The position numbers and the translations under genes were made by a program. Shown here in pieces: positions 18,228 through 29,011 of a stretch of 64,000 nucleotides of DNA. The notes under the pieces are model-generated. The model was given only the letters and a program-made list of their open reading frames with translations, was not told the origin of the DNA and did no database searches. How positions within the stretch are numbered: position 1 is the first letter of the stretch; each line of letters begins with the position of its first letter. The DNA lies in contig JBAVAG010000023.1 of NCBI GenBank assembly GCA_049585595.1, positions 2,135 to 66,134 on the forward strand, written 5' to 3'. This stretch comes from Desulfobaccales bacterium. GTDB taxonomy: Bacteria > Desulfobacterota > Desulfobaccia > Desulfobaccales > 0-14-0-80-60-11.

Positions 18228-18440
18228 TTAGCGCCGCCAGAGCCAGAAGATCAGGCTCAGAATGAGACTTGCCAGTATGCAGGTTCCCAGGGGGAAGTAA
18301 AAGGTAAAATGCTCCCGTTTGATGACAATATCCCCAGGTAGCCTCCCCAGCCAGCCCATCTTAGGGAGGACCAGCAACGCCAACCCTAGCGCTACCAGGA
18401 TGACGCCCGCGAAAATAAGATAACGGGCCAAATCGGACAT
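18228..18440 (-). CDS. DUF2905-family small membrane protein
   Basis: 70 aa. ...LGRLPGDIVIKREHFTFYFPLGTCILASLILSLIFWL is characteristic of DUF2905. Confidence 0.7.
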   Translation of the reverse strand: MSDLARYLIFAGVILVALGLALLVLPKMGWLGRLPGDIVIKREHFTFYFPLGTCILASLILSLIFWLWRR

Positions 18441-18473
18441 TCCCTTACCCTTTATCCGAATCTGGTAGCCGCA

Positions 18474-18716
18474 GGCGTAGGGGCGGGGTTTACCCGCCCT
18501 GGGCGGCGAGACGCCGCCCCTACAGGCCTGCGCTCGTTTGATCTTTTTTCCGGTAGCCTAGGCGTCCCGCCTGTGGGCGTGATAAAGAATTCACGTCACA
18601 CAGGCCCGAGGCTTTTGCCACTTATACCTAACGTTGCCGCTTCCCTGACACGATGGTGCGCAGTGCGCACTCTACAGGAACTTTTGCCCTGGTAGCCGCA
18701 GGCTTTAGCCTGCGCT
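18474..18716. repeat. Cluster of three REP variants
   Basis: ggtagccgcaggcgtaggggcggggtttacccgccctgggcggcgagacgccgcccctacaggcctgcgc; ggtagcctaggcgtcccgcctgtgggcg; ggtagccgcaggctttagcctgcgc. Confidence 0.65.
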
Positions 18717-18903
18717 CTTCTTATTAAGGGTTTTGCCAGCGCGCCCGGCGCTCACTCTTGCGAAGAGGTTAGTATGATTTTCCCAAATTTTCAAGGTGAT
18801 TGCCGGTCCCTCACCATGGGACAGCTCCAATGGTTCCGGCAGCCCCAGGCTTTGTCCTGCGCTACGCTTGTAAGTCAGGTTTCAATTGGGTTAAAATTTC
18901 CAT

Positions 18904-19653
18904 ATGCTGATTATTCCGGCCATCGACTTGAAGGGGGGCAAGTGCGTGCGCCTGCGCCAGGGCCGGGCCGAAGAGATGACGGTATTCTCCGACGACCCGG
19001 TGGCCACCGGCCTCAAGTGGCAGGCGGCGGGGGCCCGTTGGCTCCACGTAGTGGACCTGGACGGAGCCTTTTCCGGCAGTCCCCAAAACCTGGAGGCTAT
19101 CCGGCGCCTGCGTGAAAATCTCACTATCCCCATGGAGCTGGGGGGCGGCATCCGCACCCTGGAGACCATCACCTTCTACCTGGACCTGGGGCTGGACCGG
19201 TTGATCCTGGGCACAGCCTGCCTCAAAGACCCGGACCTAACGGCCCGCGCCTGCGAACGCTTTGCCGGGCGCATCGCCATTGGCCTCGATGCCCGGGACG
19301 GCTGGCTGGCGATCGAGGGCTGGACCGAGGCGAGCCGCCGCACCGCCCTGGAAGTGGCAAAAACGCTCGAGCCCTTGCGGCCCGCAGCCCTTATTTATAC
19401 AGACATCTCCCGGGACGGGGTGAAACGGGGGGTCAATATCGAAGCCACCCGGGCCCTGGCCCAGGCAGTGGACCTGCCGGTCATCGCCTCGGGTGGGGTT
19501 AGTTCCTTGGCGGACATCGAAGCCCTCCTGCCCCTGGAGCCCCTGGGGGTAGTGGGGGTCATCACCGGCCGGGCCCTTTACGATGGCAGCCTCGATCTCA
19601 AGGAAGCCATCTCGCGGGCGCAGCAAGACGGCCACGCGGGTAATATGTTATAA
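18904..19653 (+). CDS. hisA: ProFAR isomerase (histidine biosynthesis)
   Basis: 249 aa. MLIIPAIDLKGGKCVRLRQG...WLHVVDLDGA...IASGGVSSLADI. Confidence 0.9.
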   Translation: MLIIPAIDLKGGKCVRLRQGRAEEMTVFSDDPVATGLKWQAAGARWLHVVDLDGAFSGSPQNLEAIRRLRENLTIPMELGGGIRTLETITFYLDLGLDRLILGTACLKDPDLTARACERFAGRIAIGLDARDGWLAIEGWTEASRRTALEVAKTLEPLRPAALIYTDISRDGVKRGVNIEATRALAQAVDLPVIASGGVSSLADIEALLPLEPLGVVGVITGRALYDGSLDLKEAISRAQQDGHAGNML

Positions 19654-19762
19654 TTGAAGGATAAAGTCCGGCGACCCTGAGGGTCGCCCCAAGATGCCAA
19701 AGGAAATCCCCCTCATCCCCCATTTGCACAAGGGCGGGGCGGGGGGATTTATGATTTAGAAC

Positions 19763-22306
19763 TTGACCGAGCCCGCCTACTTAAACCGCGTCCGGCGTCC
19801 CTCCCGTTATTTGGGCGGGGAGATCAACGCGGTCCACAAGGACCCGCGCTCCGTTTCCCTGAGGGTGGCCCTGCTCTTTCCCGACCTCTACGAAGTGGGC
19901 ATGTCCCACTTGGGGCTGGGTCTGCTTTACGGCATCCTCAACCGGGAAGAGACTATCTGGGCGGAGCGGGCCTATGCCCCGGCTCCGGACCTGGAAGCCG
20001 AACTCAGGCTTAGCCGCCGGCCCCTCACCAGTCTCGAGTCCGGCACCCCTTTGGGCTCCTTCGACCTGTTGGGGGTTAGCCTCCAATACGAACTGGGTTA
20101 CACCAACTTCATCAACTTGCTGGACCTGAGCGGGGTGCCCCTTAAAGCATCCGAGCGCGGGACGGGCGATCCGGTGGTGATTGCCGGCGGCCCCGCCTGT
20201 TTCAATCCCGAGCCGCTGGCCCCTTTCCTGGACGCCGTTTTACTGGGCGACGGAGAAGAGGCGCTGCTGGAGGTGGCAGCTGCGGTTTCGGCCTGGAAGG
20301 TCGGCCACGGCAGCCGCCTCGAGCTCTGGCGGGCCCTGGAAGAGATAGAGGGCGTCTATGTGCCCGCCTTTTTCTCCATGGAGTTCGATGAACAGGGGCG
20401 ATTGCGGGAGATTCTCCCCCGGGGGCGGCGCCGGCTCATCCACAAGCGAGTGCTGGACGACCTCAACCGCATAGCCGTTTCTCCTCAGGCGTTGGTGCCT
20501 TTTTGCCAGATCATCCATGACCGCCTTAACCTGGAGATCGCCCGGGGCTGCACCCGGGGCTGCCGCTACTGCCAGGCGGGTATGATCTACCGGCCGGTGC
20601 GGGAGCGCCGGGCCCCCGACCTTCTGGGCTGGGCCGAAACGGCCCTGGCCGCCACCGGCTACGAAGAGATTTCCTTGCTGACCCTGAGCGCCGGAGATTA
20701 CCAGCCCCTCACCTGGCTGCTCACCGGACTGATGGATCAGGTCTCCCCAAGACAGGTGGCCATTTCGCTTCCTTCCCTGCGGGCCGATACCCTGGCGCCG
20801 GAAATCATGGAGCAGATTAAGCGGGTTCGCCGCACCGGCTTGACCCTGGCCCCGGAGGCAGGGAGCGAGGGCCTGCGCCGGGTAATCAACAAGAACTTGC
20901 CCGATGCGGAGATCCTGGCCTCGGCCCGGCAGGCCTTCGCCGCGGGCTGGGGACTGCTAAAGGTCTATTTCATGCTGGGACTGCCCCTGGAAGGCGATGC
21001 GGATCGGGAGGCCATCCCCCGGCTGGCGGGGCAAATCCTCAGGACCGGCAACCGCCGCTCCCGGCTCAACGCCAGCCTGGGGTGCTTCATTCCCAAGGCC
21101 CACACCCCCTTCCAATGGGAGCGGCAACTGGGTCTGGAAGAATACCTCGATTACCTGCACCGGGTCAAGGACGGGCTGCGCCATCATCAGGTTCAGGTGA
21201 AATGGAACGCTCCCTCCCAGGCCTGGCTGGAAGGCGTCTTTTCCCGGGGAGACCGGCGCCTGGCCCCGGTGCTGCTGGCGGCCCACCGCCTCGGCTGTCG
21301 TCTGGACGCCTGGAGCGAGCACCTGTCCCTGGAACACTGGCGCCAGGCCTTTAAGGAGAGCGAGGTGGACCCGGACTTTTATCTGCGGGAACGGGACCCC
21401 AATGAGGTCCTGCCCTGGGACCATCTCTCCTGTGGCGTCAACCGGGAATTTCTGCTGGAGGAGCGCGCCCGGGCCCACCTGGGGCTGGAGACCCCCGACT
21501 GCCGCCGGGAGGGCTGCCAGGACTGCGGAGTCTGCGACCAGGAAAGGATCACCCTGCGGTTGCAGCAGCCGCCCGGCCCCCGGCCCCTAGCTTCCGCAAC
21601 CCCCGCCGCTGCCGCGGCTGGCTCGTCCCCTGAGCCCCCGTCCAGGTACCGGCTCACTTATAGCAAGCTGGGCCAGGCCCGCTGGCTGAGCCATTTGGAG
21701 CTGGTGGCGACCCTCTATCGGACCCTACGCCGCTCCGGGCTGCCTTTGGTCTACACCGCCGGCTTTCACCCCCTCCCCCGCGTCTCTTTCCATGGCGCCC
21801 TGCCCGTGGGGGTGGAGTCCCTGGAGGAGACATTGGACTTGCAACTGGCGGCCATTCTCACGCCCCCGCTCCTTCAGGAAACGCTCAACCGGGCCTTGCC
21901 GCCGGGCCTCCGGATTGTGGACGCGGCTTTCTTGCCCCAGCGGCTGCCTCCGCCCCGCCGGGAAATGGCGGTTTACTCGGTGGAGATCCCTGAAGACGCC
22001 TTTTCCCGGCAAATTGCCGAAGAATTTCTGGCCCGGAAGGAATTCCCGGCGGTCCGGCGGCGCCCCAACCGGGAAGAGCGCGCCTACGACCTGCGCCCCC
22101 TGGTGGCCGCGCTTACGGTGGCCAACCCCCGCCGCCTGGTACTACACCTGCGTCTCCGGGAGAAGGACAACCCCACGGTTACCGAGGCCCTGTCCCAGAT
22201 CTTCCAGCTAACCGAGGATCAGAGCCGGGACCTGCGCATTTTGAAAATGGCGGGCGCGGAGCCGGAGCCAGGGTCCGGCGATTGCCGTTCACCGGCCAGT
22301 GGTTAG
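19763..22306 (+). CDS. B12-binding-domain radical SAM protein fused to a radical-SAM-associated (DUF2344-like) C-terminal domain
   Basis: 847 aa. N-terminus RPSRYLGGEINAV and radical SAM cluster ARGCTRGCRYCQAGMIYRPVRER. C-terminal half starts RYRLTYSKLGQARWLSHLEL (TIGR03936-like). TTG start. Confidence 0.8.
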   Translation: MTEPAYLNRVRRPSRYLGGEINAVHKDPRSVSLRVALLFPDLYEVGMSHLGLGLLYGILNREETIWAERAYAPAPDLEAELRLSRRPLTSLESGTPLGSFDLLGVSLQYELGYTNFINLLDLSGVPLKASERGTGDPVVIAGGPACFNPEPLAPFLDAVLLGDGEEALLEVAAAVSAWKVGHGSRLELWRALEEIEGVYVPAFFSMEFDEQGRLREILPRGRRRLIHKRVLDDLNRIAVSPQALVPFCQIIHDRLNLEIARGCTRGCRYCQAGMIYRPVRERRAPDLLGWAETALAATGYEEISLLTLSAGDYQPLTWLLTGLMDQVSPRQVAISLPSLRADTLAPEIMEQIKRVRRTGLTLAPEAGSEGLRRVINKNLPDAEILASARQAFAAGWGLLKVYFMLGLPLEGDADREAIPRLAGQILRTGNRRSRLNASLGCFIPKAHTPFQWERQLGLEEYLDYLHRVKDGLRHHQVQVKWNAPSQAWLEGVFSRGDRRLAPVLLAAHRLGCRLDAWSEHLSLEHWRQAFKESEVDPDFYLRERDPNEVLPWDHLSCGVNREFLLEERARAHLGLETPDCRREGCQDCGVCDQERITLRLQQPPGPRPLASATPAAAAAGSSPEPPSRYRLTYSKLGQARWLSHLELVATLYRTLRRSGLPLVYTAGFHPLPRVSFHGALPVGVESLEETLDLQLAAILTPPLLQETLNRALPPGLRIVDAAFLPQRLPPPRREMAVYSVEIPEDAFSRQIAEEFLARKEFPAVRRRPNREERAYDLRPLVAALTVANPRRLVLHLRLREKDNPTVTEALSQIFQLTEDQSRDLRILKMAGAEPEPGSGDCRSPASG

Positions 22307-22424
22307 GACAAAGATTTTCTCCTGCATTTATGCTATGGTGGAAAGGCGTAATCTTGACCACTATCCCACTGATGGACGGAACCTTTTCTGAAATAACAGC
22401 CATGCCCCCTTCCGGGAATTAACC

Positions 22425-24344
22425 ATGTCCACAGCTCCCATCATCCTGGGCACCGCCGGCCACATCGACCACGGCAAGAGTTCCCTCATCAAGGCCCTCA
22501 CCGGGGTGGACCCGGACCGCCTCAAAGAGGAAAAGCTGCGGGGCATCACCATTGAACTGGGATTTGCGGACCTCGCCCTGCCCAATGGCCGGCACCTGGG
22601 GATCGTCGATGTCCCCGGCCACGAACGCTTCGTGCGCCACATGGTGGCCGGCGCCACCGGCATGGACCTGGTGGCCCTGGTCATCGCCGCGGATGAGGGG
22701 GTCATGCCCCAGACCAGGGAACACCTGGAGATCTGCCAGTTGCTCAAGGTAAAGCTTGGCCTGGTGGTCCTCACCAAGGTCGACCTGGTGGAGGAAGACT
22801 GGCTGGAACTGGTGGCGGAAGAGGTGCGGGAGGCCCTCAAAGGCACCTTCCTGGAGGGGGCGCCCCTGGTGCGCTTCTCCGCGGTCACCGGGGCGGGCGC
22901 CCCGGAGCTCCTGGCCACCCTGGCGGAGCTCTCCGAGCGCGTGCCGCCCAAACCGCTCAAGGGGATCTTCCGCCTGCCCATCGACCGGGTCTTCACCATC
23001 CGGGGCTTCGGCACCGTGGTCACCGGCACCGCTATCTCGGGCCGGCTGGGGGTGGGAGAGGCGGTAGCCGTCTATCCCCCGGGATTCAAGGCCAAGGTGC
23101 GGGGTCTCCAGGTTCACGGCCAAACCGTTGCAGAGGCCCAGGCCGGCAACCGCACCGCCGTCAATCTCCAGGGACTGGAAAAGGAAGAATTGCAGCGAGG
23201 CATGGTGCTGGCGCCGCCGGATGCCCTCCTGCCATCCCGGCGCCTGGACGCCTTTCTGGAAATCCTGGCCAGCGCCCCGCGGCCCCTGAAACATCGCCGG
23301 GCGGTGCGCCTCCATACCGGCACCAGCGAGCGCCTGGCCATGCCGCTCCTCCTGGACGCCGATGACCTGCCCCCGGGGTCCTCCGGCTACGTGCAGTTTT
23401 TCCTGCGGGAGCCCCTGGCTCTGAAGCCGGGCGACCGCCTGGTGATCCGCAGCTTCTCCCCGGCCTTCACCTGGGGGGGCGGCCAGATCCTCCACGTGCA
23501 TCCGCCCCGCCACCGCCGGCGCCAGGCGGAGTTGCTGGCCAGATTGGAAGTCCTGGAGAAGGGCGCCCCTGACGAGGTCCTGCCCCTCTATCTGGAAGAG
23601 GCCGGAGCCGCCGGCCTCAGCCGCAGCGAGCTTGCAGCTCTGCTCCCCTGGGACCCCGGCGACCTGTCGGCCCTGCTCTCCCGCTTCAGCAAACAGGGGC
23701 AAGCCCTCAATTACGACCCGGAGAAGGAGAGGTATATCCTCGCGGCCACGGCCGACAAACTGAAGGGAGAGATCACCGGCACCCTGGCCGCCTACCACCG
23801 CCAAAACCCCTTAAAACCCGGGCTTTCCAAGGAAGAGCTGCGCCGCCAGCTGCCTCCCCAGATGGAGGTGCGCCTCTTCAACCAGTTGCTCAACGACCTG
23901 GCGCAACAAGGTAAGATCGCCATGGAAAAAGACCTGGTGCGTCTGGCGGGGCACCGGGTCACCCTGGCCGGCGATCAGGAAGAGCACGTCAACCGCCTGG
24001 CCGCCCTCTACCGCGGAGGCGGCCTCTCGCCTCCCACCCTCAAGGAAGCCGCCGCCTCCCTTAACGTTCCTCCGGAAAAGCTCAAGCAGCTCCTGACCCT
24101 GCTGGTGAACCAGGGCGGCCTGGTCAAGGTCAAAGAGGACCTCTATTTTCACCGGGAGGCCATCGATCAGATCAAGGTCCAATTGGTGGATTTCCTCAAA
24201 AACAACCAGGAGATCACCGTCCCCCAGTTCAAGGATCTTACCCAGACCTCCCGAAAATTTACCATCCCTCTTCTCGAATACTTCGATTCGGCCCGCACCA
24301 CCGTGCGGGTGGGAGAGACCCGGCGCCTGCGCCAGGGGGGCTAG
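22425..24344 (+). CDS. selB: Selenocysteine-specific translation elongation factor
   Basis: 639 aa. G-domain [36 protein letters not shown]. Long C-terminal winged-helix extension ending ...[28 protein letters not shown], typical of SelB. Confidence 0.9.
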   Translation: MSTAPIILGTAGHIDHGKSSLIKALTGVDPDRLKEEKLRGITIELGFADLALPNGRHLGIVDVPGHERFVRHMVAGATGMDLVALVIAADEGVMPQTREHLEICQLLKVKLGLVVLTKVDLVEEDWLELVAEEVREALKGTFLEGAPLVRFSAVTGAGAPELLATLAELSERVPPKPLKGIFRLPIDRVFTIRGFGTVVTGTAISGRLGVGEAVAVYPPGFKAKVRGLQVHGQTVAEAQAGNRTAVNLQGLEKEELQRGMVLAPPDALLPSRRLDAFLEILASAPRPLKHRRAVRLHTGTSERLAMPLLLDADDLPPGSSGYVQFFLREPLALKPGDRLVIRSFSPAFTWGGGQILHVHPPRHRRRQAELLARLEVLEKGAPDEVLPLYLEEAGAAGLSRSELAALLPWDPGDLSALLSRFSKQGQALNYDPEKERYILAATADKLKGEITGTLAAYHRQNPLKPGLSKEELRRQLPPQMEVRLFNQLLNDLAQQGKIAMEKDLVRLAGHRVTLAGDQEEHVNRLAALYRGGGLSPPTLKEAAASLNVPPEKLKQLLTLLVNQGGLVKVKEDLYFHREAIDQIKVQLVDFLKNNQEITVPQFKDLTQTSRKFTIPLLEYFDSARTTVRVGETRRLRQGG

Positions 24345-24422
24345 GGGTGGCGCAACTTTTCGGGACAGGTCGAGACCCTAAAATACCATTTACACGGTTC
24401 TCCGGTTCAATCTTACCAGCCC

Positions 24423-25529
24423 ATGACCGAAATTAATCCCGCACATATGAAACTGGCCCTGCGCCTGGCGGCCAAAGGGGCTGGTTGGGTCTCGCCCAAT
24501 CCCATGGTGGGCGCGCTGGTGGTCCAGGAGGGCCGCGTGGTGGGGCGAGGCTTTCACCGCCGGGCGGGGGCGGACCACGCCGAGGTGGCGGCCCTGCAAC
24601 AGGCCGGCGCCGCGGCCAGGGGAGCCGACCTTTACGTCACCCTGGAGCCCTGCAACCACCAGGGCCGCACCCCGCCGTGCACCGAGGCCATCCTGGCGGC
24701 TGGCGTGGCCCGGGTAATCATCGCCACCCCGGACCCCAACCCCCGGGTCGCCGGGGCCGGGGCCCAATTCCTCCAATCCCGGGGGATAACGGTGGAGGTG
24801 GGACTGCTGGCCCAGGAAGCCCAAGGTCTGAACCAGGCCTGGTTTCATTGGCTGGAAAGCGGTCGCCCCTGGGTCATCGCCAAGGCCGCCTGTTCCCTGG
24901 ACGGCAAGATCGCCACTGCCGGCGGCCAGAGCCAGTGGCTTACCGGTGAGCCGGCCCGGGTCTGGGGGCACCGTCTGCGCCACCAGGTGGACGCCATCCT
25001 GGTGGGAATCGAGACCGTCCTCTCTGACGACCCCGAGCTCACCACCAGGCTCCCCCGGGGGGGCAAGGACCCCATCCGTATCGTCCTGGACAGCAATTTG
25101 CGGATTCCGCTCACCTCCCGCGTCCTGAACCTGGAGTCGCCGGCGCCCACCTGGGTGGCCTGCACCGATGCGGCACCCGCTGAAAAGATCGAGGCCCTGA
25201 AGCAACTGGGAGCGGAAGTCCTGGTCTTCCCTGGTCATTCCCGGGATGCGGGAAGAGTGCCTTTACCTTCCCTGTTGAGACTGCTGGGCCGCCGGCAGGT
25301 GCAAAACCTGCTGGTGGAAGGTGGCGCTGAGGTCCTGGGCGCCTTCTTCGAGCAGAAACTGGTGAACCAGTTCTACTTCTTTTTCGCCCCTAAATTCCTG
25401 GGCGGCCGCCAGGCCCCAGGCGTGCTGGGGGGTGAAGGCATCGTTCATCTTGAGGATGCCGCCCGGGCCCGTGATTTGATAATTCGGCGAGTCGGAGCGG
25501 ATTTATTGATTAAAGGTTACCTCGAATGA
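24423..25529 (+). CDS. ribD: Bifunctional riboflavin biosynthesis deaminase/reductase
   Basis: 368 aa. Deaminase zinc motif HAEVAAL...TLEPCNHQGRTPPC, followed by the reductase domain (KAACSLDGKIAT...). Confidence 0.9.
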   Translation: MTEINPAHMKLALRLAAKGAGWVSPNPMVGALVVQEGRVVGRGFHRRAGADHAEVAALQQAGAAARGADLYVTLEPCNHQGRTPPCTEAILAAGVARVIIATPDPNPRVAGAGAQFLQSRGITVEVGLLAQEAQGLNQAWFHWLESGRPWVIAKAACSLDGKIATAGGQSQWLTGEPARVWGHRLRHQVDAILVGIETVLSDDPELTTRLPRGGKDPIRIVLDSNLRIPLTSRVLNLESPAPTWVACTDAAPAEKIEALKQLGAEVLVFPGHSRDAGRVPLPSLLRLLGRRQVQNLLVEGGAEVLGAFFEQKLVNQFYFFFAPKFLGGRQAPGVLGGEGIVHLEDAARARDLIIRRVGADLLIKGYLE

Positions 25530-25702
25530 TCCACTAGGCAATTTCAGGGGGTCCAAGATGCTCACCAATGGTGAATGCCGGAAAGAGATGGTTCGGCCAG
25601 TGCTGGCCTGGAGTCCATAAGGTCCATCGCATTCAGGTATCCATGGTTTGAGGGGCAGGTATGCCCAACTTATCGGAAAAATTACTAATCCCGGCTTGTC
25701 GG

Positions 25703-25733
25703 TTGACAAATTCCTTGAAATTTATGATATCAT
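25703..25733 (+). promoter_or_regulatory. Candidate promoter (TTGACA plus extended -10 TGATATCAT) for the CBS gene pair
   Basis: TTGACA at 25703-25708; TG-n-TATCAT at 25725-25733. This would give a leader of about 135 nt before the ATG at 25876. Confidence 0.35.
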
Positions 25734-25875
25734 GCATCGTACGAGACAATTTAGCTACAAAAGAGGAAGCTTTCCGGGGTAAAACTCTGTGCGAGGGCTC
25801 CCCAAAACCATTTTTGCAATGCGGTGCCCAAGCCTGTCGCATAATCTCGGATAATCTCAGTTTAAGGGAACCAAG

Positions 25876-26262
25876 ATGGAAGAAAAAGTGATGAATCTGA
25901 TGCGCCGGGGAGTCATCACCTGCTCGGAGGAGACCACCCTCCAGGAAGTGGCACAAATCATGGTGGCCAATTCCATCCGCTATTGCGTGGTCACCAACCA
26001 AAATAATGAGGTCAAGGGGTTAATTTCCGCCCGGCTCATGCTGAAGGGTTATAAGAAAAATCTGGAGCAGGGCAGAGCCAAGGACATCCTTATGCCCTAT
26101 ACCATAACCATTACCCCCAACTCTTCCTTGAAGGAGGCCGTGGGGGTAATGAGCCAAAAAAGGATCGAGCATCTCATCGTGGTCTCGGACCGTCCCGGCA
26201 GCAAAGCCATCCTGGGATTGGTCCATGCGGAAGATATCATCAGCAAGATGGCAAGGGATTGA
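25876..26262 (+). CDS. CBS-domain pair protein
   Basis: 128 aa. Two CBS motifs (VMNLMRRGVITCSEETTLQEVAQIM...; ILMPYTITITPNSSLKEAVGVMSQKRIEHLIVV). Confidence 0.75.
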   Translation: MEEKVMNLMRRGVITCSEETTLQEVAQIMVANSIRYCVVTNQNNEVKGLISARLMLKGYKKNLEQGRAKDILMPYTITITPNSSLKEAVGVMSQKRIEHLIVVSDRPGSKAILGLVHAEDIISKMARD

Positions 26263-26714
26263 GAAAGATGGAAGAAGGGGTGAAAATTTGCGACCTGATG
26301 CATAGAGGGGTTATCTTTTGTTACCCAGACGACAACTTGAAAGAAATAGCCAAGATGATGCATCTGAACCATTTCCGCTCGGTGGTGGTCCTCCATGAAA
26401 GCGGGGAAGTCTGGGGTCTGGTCTCCATCATGGAGATGATTCACTTTTTTGGCGAGAATTTAGAGCAGCATTGTGCTGAAGATGCCATGCGGCCCTACCG
26501 GATGAGAGTCGACCCCCAATGGCCCATTGAGAAGGCCATCGACCTGATGGTCAAGAATAAGATCGAGCACCTGGTCATCATAGACCCCCATGCCGGCATG
26601 AAGCAACCCATCGGAATTTTGACCAGTTCAGATATTGTGCGTTACATGTCCAGGATCAAAATGGGCCACATTGAGCACCTGCTCAAGCTGGCCCCCAACC
26701 AGGAGTCTTTTTGA
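26259..26714 (+). CDS. CBS-domain pair protein (paralog, 4-nt overlap with the previous gene)
   Basis: 151 aa. Two CBS motifs (ICDLMHRGVIFCYPDDNLKEIAKMM...; AMRPYRMRVDPQWPIEKAIDLMVKNKIEHLVII). Confidence 0.75.
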   Translation: MRKMEEGVKICDLMHRGVIFCYPDDNLKEIAKMMHLNHFRSVVVLHESGEVWGLVSIMEMIHFFGENLEQHCAEDAMRPYRMRVDPQWPIEKAIDLMVKNKIEHLVIIDPHAGMKQPIGILTSSDIVRYMSRIKMGHIEHLLKLAPNQESF

Positions 26715-26802
26715 TGAGTGGAGTTTCCCGCGTTAGGTTAGTTTCCATCAATTCTTGTTGCATAATCCAGATTGAAACCCCTCCTGACCGTGTTGCCTCG
26801 AT

Positions 26803-27600
26803 TCATGGCCTCCGCAGCGGCTCCTTCAGCGCCGCGATAAAATCACCCACCTCTTTGATGAGTTCCTGCCCCTTAAGCCTGGCCACCCGCTGGACGATGG
26901 CGCTGCCCACCACCACGCCGTCCACGTAAGGAGCCAGCCACGCCACCTGCTCCGGGCTGGAGATGCCGAAGCCCACTGCCAGTGGGCATTTCACCAGACT
27001 GCGGACTTCCCGCAAGGCCGCGATCAGCTCAGGCGGCAGCTCCTGCCGCGCCCCGGTGATTCCGGTCACCGAAACATAGTAGAGAAACCCCCGGGTAAGC
27101 CGGCCTATCCTGTGAATGCGCCGCTCCCCGCTGGTGGGTGAGGCCAAAAAGATCGCCGCCACCCCGGCCTGGGCCGCGGCCTGCCGCCAGGGTTCCGCCT
27201 CCTCCGGCGGCAGGTCCGGGATGATGAAGCCGTCCACTCCCAGGGCCGCGGCCTCCCGGGCGGTGCGCTCCAGTCCGTATTGCAGGATGGGATTGTAATA
27301 TCCCATCAGGATCAGAGGTATTTCCGTTTCCCGGCGCAAGGCCCCCGCCGTCTCCAAGACCTCTTTAAGGTGCACCCCCGCTTGCACCGCCCGATTGCTG
27401 GCCGCCTGGATGACGGGGCCGTCCGCCAGAGGGTCGGAAAAGGGAACCCCCAACTCCAGCAGGTCTGCGCCCCTGGCCGCCATCTCCAGGGCCAGGGCCC
27501 GGGTTGTGGCCAAATCCGGGTCGCCGGCGGTGATGAAGGGAATGAGGGCGCCCTCGCCCCTGGCCTTAAGCCTCTTGAACACCCGATCAATCCGCGTCAC
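26803..27600 (-). CDS. trpA: Tryptophan synthase alpha chain
   Basis: [27 protein letters not shown]...[21 protein letters not shown] start chosen at 27600, a 14-nt overlap with the trpB end. The track ORF extends to 27636. Confidence 0.9.
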   Translation of the reverse strand: MTRIDRVFKRLKARGEGALIPFITAGDPDLATTRALALEMAARGADLLELGVPFSDPLADGPVIQAASNRAVQAGVHLKEVLETAGALRRETEIPLILMGYYNPILQYGLERTAREAAALGVDGFIIPDLPPEEAEPWRQAAAQAGVAAIFLASPTSGERRIHRIGRLTRGFLYYVSVTGITGARQELPPELIAALREVRSLVKCPLAVGFGISSPEQVAWLAPYVDGVVVGSAIVQRVARLKGQELIKEVGDFIAALKEPLRRP

Positions 27601-28780
27601 CGGACACCTCCAGGGCCTGGGCCACGGCCTCGACATCCTTGTCGCCGCGGCCCGAGAGATTGACGATAATCAGGTCATCCGGGGAATATTCGGGCGCCAG
27701 CCGCTCAAGATAGGCCACCGCGTGGGAGCTCTCCAGGGCCGGGAGTATCCCCTCGGTCCGGGACAGCAGTCGAAAACCCGCCAGGGCCTCGCTATCGCTC
27801 ACCGCTACATATTCGGCCCTTCCTGAATCCTTGAAATAGGAGTGCTCCGGGCCGACTCCGGGGTAATCGAGCCCCGGCGCCAGCGAATGGGCTTCCTGGA
27901 TGTTGCCCCAGGGATCCTGCAGGAGGTAACTGAAGGCGCCGTGCAGCACCCCCCGGCTCCCGGCCACCAGGGTGGCGGAGTGCTGTCCGCTGCCCAGGCC
28001 GTGGCCCGCAGCCTCCACCCCCACAAAGCGCACCACGTCGTCCTCAAAGGCGTGAAACAGCCCCATGGCGTTGCTGCCGCCGCCCACGCAGGCCACCAGG
28101 CATTGGGGCAGGCGGCCGGTGAGCCGGTGCAACTGGGCCTTGGCCTCCCGGCCGATGACCGCCTGGAAGTCCCGGACGATCATGGGATAAGGGTGCGGCC
28201 CGCCCACGGAGCCCAGGACATAGTGGGTGTGGCGCACGTTGGTGACCCAATCCCGGATGGCGTCGTTCATGGCATCCTTCAGGGTGCGGCTGCCGGACTC
28301 CACCGGGATCACCCGGGAGCCCAGGAGTCGCATGCGGATCACGTTGAGCCGCTGGCGCCGGATATCCTCCGTGCCCATGTAGATGTCGCACTCCAGCCCC
28401 AGCAGGGCGGCCACCGTGGCGGTGGCCACCCCGTGCTGGCCGGCCCCGGTTTCGGCAATAATCCTTTTCTTACCCATGCGGCGGGCCAGCAGCCCTTGGC
28501 CCAGGGTGTTGTTGATCTTGTGGGCCCCGGTATGGGCCAGGTCCTCCCGCTTGAGGTAAATCTGGGGGCCTCCCAGGGCTTCGGTCAGATGCCGGGCGTG
28601 GTATAAGGGCGTGGGCCGGCCCACGTAATCCTTAAGATACCAGGATAACTCCTCCCGAAATTGCCGTTCCCTGCTAATCCGATGATAGGCCGCCTCCAAC
28701 TCCAAAAGGGCCGGCATCAGGGTCTCCGGGACAAACCGGCCCCCATACCGCCCATATCTGCCATGCCGATCCGGTAACAA
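27587..28780 (-). CDS. trpB: Tryptophan synthase beta chain
   Basis: 397 aa. [16 protein letters not shown]..., PLP-lysine region [24 protein letters not shown]. Confidence 0.95.
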   Translation of the reverse strand: MLPDRHGRYGRYGGRFVPETLMPALLELEAAYHRISRERQFREELSWYLKDYVGRPTPLYHARHLTEALGGPQIYLKREDLAHTGAHKINNTLGQGLLARRMGKKRIIAETGAGQHGVATATVAALLGLECDIYMGTEDIRRQRLNVIRMRLLGSRVIPVESGSRTLKDAMNDAIRDWVTNVRHTHYVLGSVGGPHPYPMIVRDFQAVIGREAKAQLHRLTGRLPQCLVACVGGGSNAMGLFHAFEDDVVRFVGVEAAGHGLGSGQHSATLVAGSRGVLHGAFSYLLQDPWGNIQEAHSLAPGLDYPGVGPEHSYFKDSGRAEYVAVSDSEALAGFRLLSRTEGILPALESSHAVAYLERLAPEYSPDDLIIVNLSGRGDKDVEAVAQALEVSGDAD

Positions 28781-28801
28781 TTAAACCTCCTTTGTTCGCA
28801 C

Positions 28802-28900
28802 CAGTAATCAGTAATCAGTAATCAGTGGCCAGTGTCTTTATTAAGAATAAATGTGCTTTCTCGGCGATAAACCACCGCTCACTGCTTACTGCTCACTATC
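28802..28900. repeat. Heptamer-array element (inverted arrays around a 40-bp AT-rich core)
   Basis: (CAGTAAT)x3 CAGTGGC CAGTG ... core ... CG CTCACTG CTTACTG CTCACTA. Located just upstream of the trpB start. Confidence 0.7.
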
Positions 28901-29011
28901 GACCCTCCACCAGTGTCACCACCGCGCCGGCGCAGGCTTTGTTTGACGGACGATCATTATTCCTCTCGGCGCAGGCTAAAGCCTGCGGCTACATTGAATG
29001 CCGCCACCAAA

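Noticed and set aside
22419-23804. 461-aa minus-strand ORF (also 22361-23029)
   Set aside because: It is antisense to selB, whose GTPase motifs are unambiguous.
24345-24422. FMN riboswitch upstream of ribD
   Set aside because: The gap after selB is only 78 nt and lacks the conserved FMN-element strings. ribD is probably read through from selB or has a simple promoter.
24390-25238. 282-aa minus-strand ORF
   Set aside because: It is antisense to ribD.
25530-25700. Small ORFs 25503-25709(-), 25633-26001(-) and 25661-25891(+) in the ribD-CBS gap
   Set aside because: No RBS, and they are mutually overlapping. The minus-strand ORF runs antisense into the CBS gene. They are treated as non-coding leader.
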